A stretch of DNA of 64,000 nt, taken from Octopus vulgaris. Lineage: Eukaryota. Where the stretch lies: assembly GCA_951406725.2 (NCBI GenBank), contig OX597824.1, forward strand, positions 49,228,001 through 49,292,000, written 5' to 3'. Position 1 is the first letter of the stretch. Each line of letters starts with the position of its first letter. Positions 61,694-64,000 of this stretch are shown here, in pieces. Both the position numbers and the translations under genes were made by a program. The notes under the pieces are model-generated. The model had not been told where the DNA came from and searched no databases. It worked only from the letters and a program-made list of their open reading frames with translations.

Positions 61694-64000
61694 TTTATAA
61701 TGAACATGCTTATACTGTTACACTGAATACATGTAGATAACCTTGAATATACTATATTTGATGGCATAAAAGATGCATGGGCATATCAGATGTACCCTAA
61801 TTGCAGCAGTGCATATTCAAGTAAAGTTTTTAGTGCATTAAAGTATGTAATATCTAAAGCAATCTTGCAAGTCAACCAAGAGTGAGATTTCTTGAAAGAT
61901 ATTTTGAGAAAAAAAGTACATCTTATATGCCATTAAATATGATACCTCACTTTGGTACATGTACTTATAATGAGCATAGTTATAATACTGGTGTATACTC
62001 AGACTAGAGTCCTTGACCTAAAAGTTTAGTCTGTCAGTTTGCCTCTTATCACCCAAATCAGTCAATTACTTTGACTGTTTATGATTGGTGGTAACCATCA
62101 ACAGTGTCTGCTCTTATTATTTATAGGTAAAACTAATGGGATGCGATTTGGGAAACAGCTTTCTTTTTGCCCTGCCCATGGAAAGAAATGAAGTCAATAT
62201 TCCAAACCAATGAAATGCAACTGATATTGGTGAACCAACACACCTTACAAACCCAATTACATATTGGTATGCTGATACATTGATAGTCAAGAGGGACATT
62301 GTGCAGAGTTACTAACAAAATACAATGCCTTAACACTTTAATTCAGTGTCTGGAGGCATAACTCAACTATTGATAGTTCTTTAAAATTTAATAGATACAT
62401 TTTAGTCTTGTGAGTAACAAGACAACCTCACTAGTGCCAGTGCCATGAAAAAAAGCACTCAGCACACTCTGTAAAGTGGTTGGTGTTAGGAAGGACATCC
62501 AGCCATAGTGACCAAGCTAAAACTGAGACACAGGAGTGAGACATGGTCCTCTGACTTGTTGAATCCTGTCTTATCAACCAACCCATGTCAGTATGGAAAG
62601 CAGATGCAATAATGATGACGATGTCGATGACGACAACGATGATGACAGCGGTAATGATGACAATCACAACAACAATGATGAATAGTTATATTTATAGATA
62701 TTATTGACTGGTCAAACATTGTTACCAGTTTTGTATTGTGATCCTGACAAAAAAAAAACCTCACCCAAAACATTTAAGTGTCAATGGTCTTATCCATCTG
62801 TGTGTAAATAGGTACTATGAGGAAGTATAATCAATCACTATAAATAGGGACTGTGAAGAAAACTATAATTTGCAATTATTGCATTTGCTTGCAGCACTTA
62901 AATATTCTTTAGGGGAAAAACCTATTAGAGACTTGCATTCATATCGAACATGAGAACCATCTTTTAACTGTTGAATGTTGCCAAGAAAATGCATTAGAAT
63001 TCATTTCAATTTTTTATTTAAAGCCTTAACTAGTTTCACAAATATATACACACATAAAGATCATCATCATTATCTTAATTGTCATCATTGTTATTTAACA
63101 TCCATGTTCTTGGCTGGTATGAGCAGCAAATACTTATATGAACTCACACAAACAAAACACACCCACATGTACACATGTATATGAACCCCTAATCACATGG
63201 TTCCTAAGTGAATTCCTTAGCCAGTTTCTGTAAAATAAATTCTCAAAATAGCTCAGAATTATGATACTTTTTTCTTCCATACACAAATACATGTATACAT
63301 ACACGCACAAAATATACACTCAATTTTCTATTTTGATATTATCCGTAGTCAGTAAAACATTAAAAACAAACAAAAAAAAAAAGCTACTGGCAGTTTCAAC
63401 TTCATGTAATTGGCATTCAGTCCATGACAGATCATTAAAGTAGGGTGTCTGCAGTGTGGGTCTTGGCCACCAGTTTCCCACCATGACATTCTTTAGCTTT
63501 CTCTAGCCTTGTGTGCTTTCTACTGAGCATTTAATTAACAATCTCTGTCTGATGAACTACATGTAGTAGTGCTAATAGTTGTAGAAACAACTGAAGAAGA
63601 ACCACCACCACCACTGCTGCTGCCACCACCACTACAACCACTGCCACCACCACTACAACCACTGCCACCCCCACCTCACCCCACCCCTCGACTACCACTG
63701 GCTGGACTTGAATGCAGATTCCCTCTTAAGAAAGTCCAGCACTTTACTATTCAGCTCACCATCCAAGCTATCCAAGCTAGACACCAGATAATACTTTCTA
63801 AAACTGACAGATTCATTAACCTAGTTCTGAGAAATGATTGGTCTGACGCCCGCCCTGTAAATGGCCTGACTGCCTGGCATTCATTTCAAGGCAGACATTT
63901 AGTGGCAAAGCAACAACTATGCACATTGCCATTGAAAATTCTAGTTATCAACCTAGAAAAAAAATTACCTAATTTGTTTATGATGAAGGTAAATGATATT

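Overview
Eukaryotic, AT-rich, CpG-depleted genomic DNA, densely filled with repeats. The tRNA-derived SINE families, RTE-type (CAT)n tails and (TAA)n/(TA)n/(CA)n microsatellites look like an octopod cephalopod genome; this is an inference, not something the sequence proves. Only one host coding gene is confidently supported: an intronless p24/TMED gamma-type cargo receptor at 24129/24168-24830 (+), in a ~3.4 kb island free of transposons. The rest is a layered transposon landscape: a young Penelope-like element (RT C-terminus + GIY-YIG) carrying a minimal hammerhead-ribozyme motif, further hammerhead-like relics, two R4/Dong-type elements next to (TAA)n, a decayed Gypsy element with its 3' LTR, an LTR-PBS-gag fragment, CR1, RTE and L1/Tx1 3' ends, mariner/Tc1, hAT and piggyBac-like MITEs, and a Helentron-type element. 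A few isolated exon candidates are reported at low confidence. Most ORFs in the track are microsatellite artefacts. Coordinates of decayed repeats are approximate.
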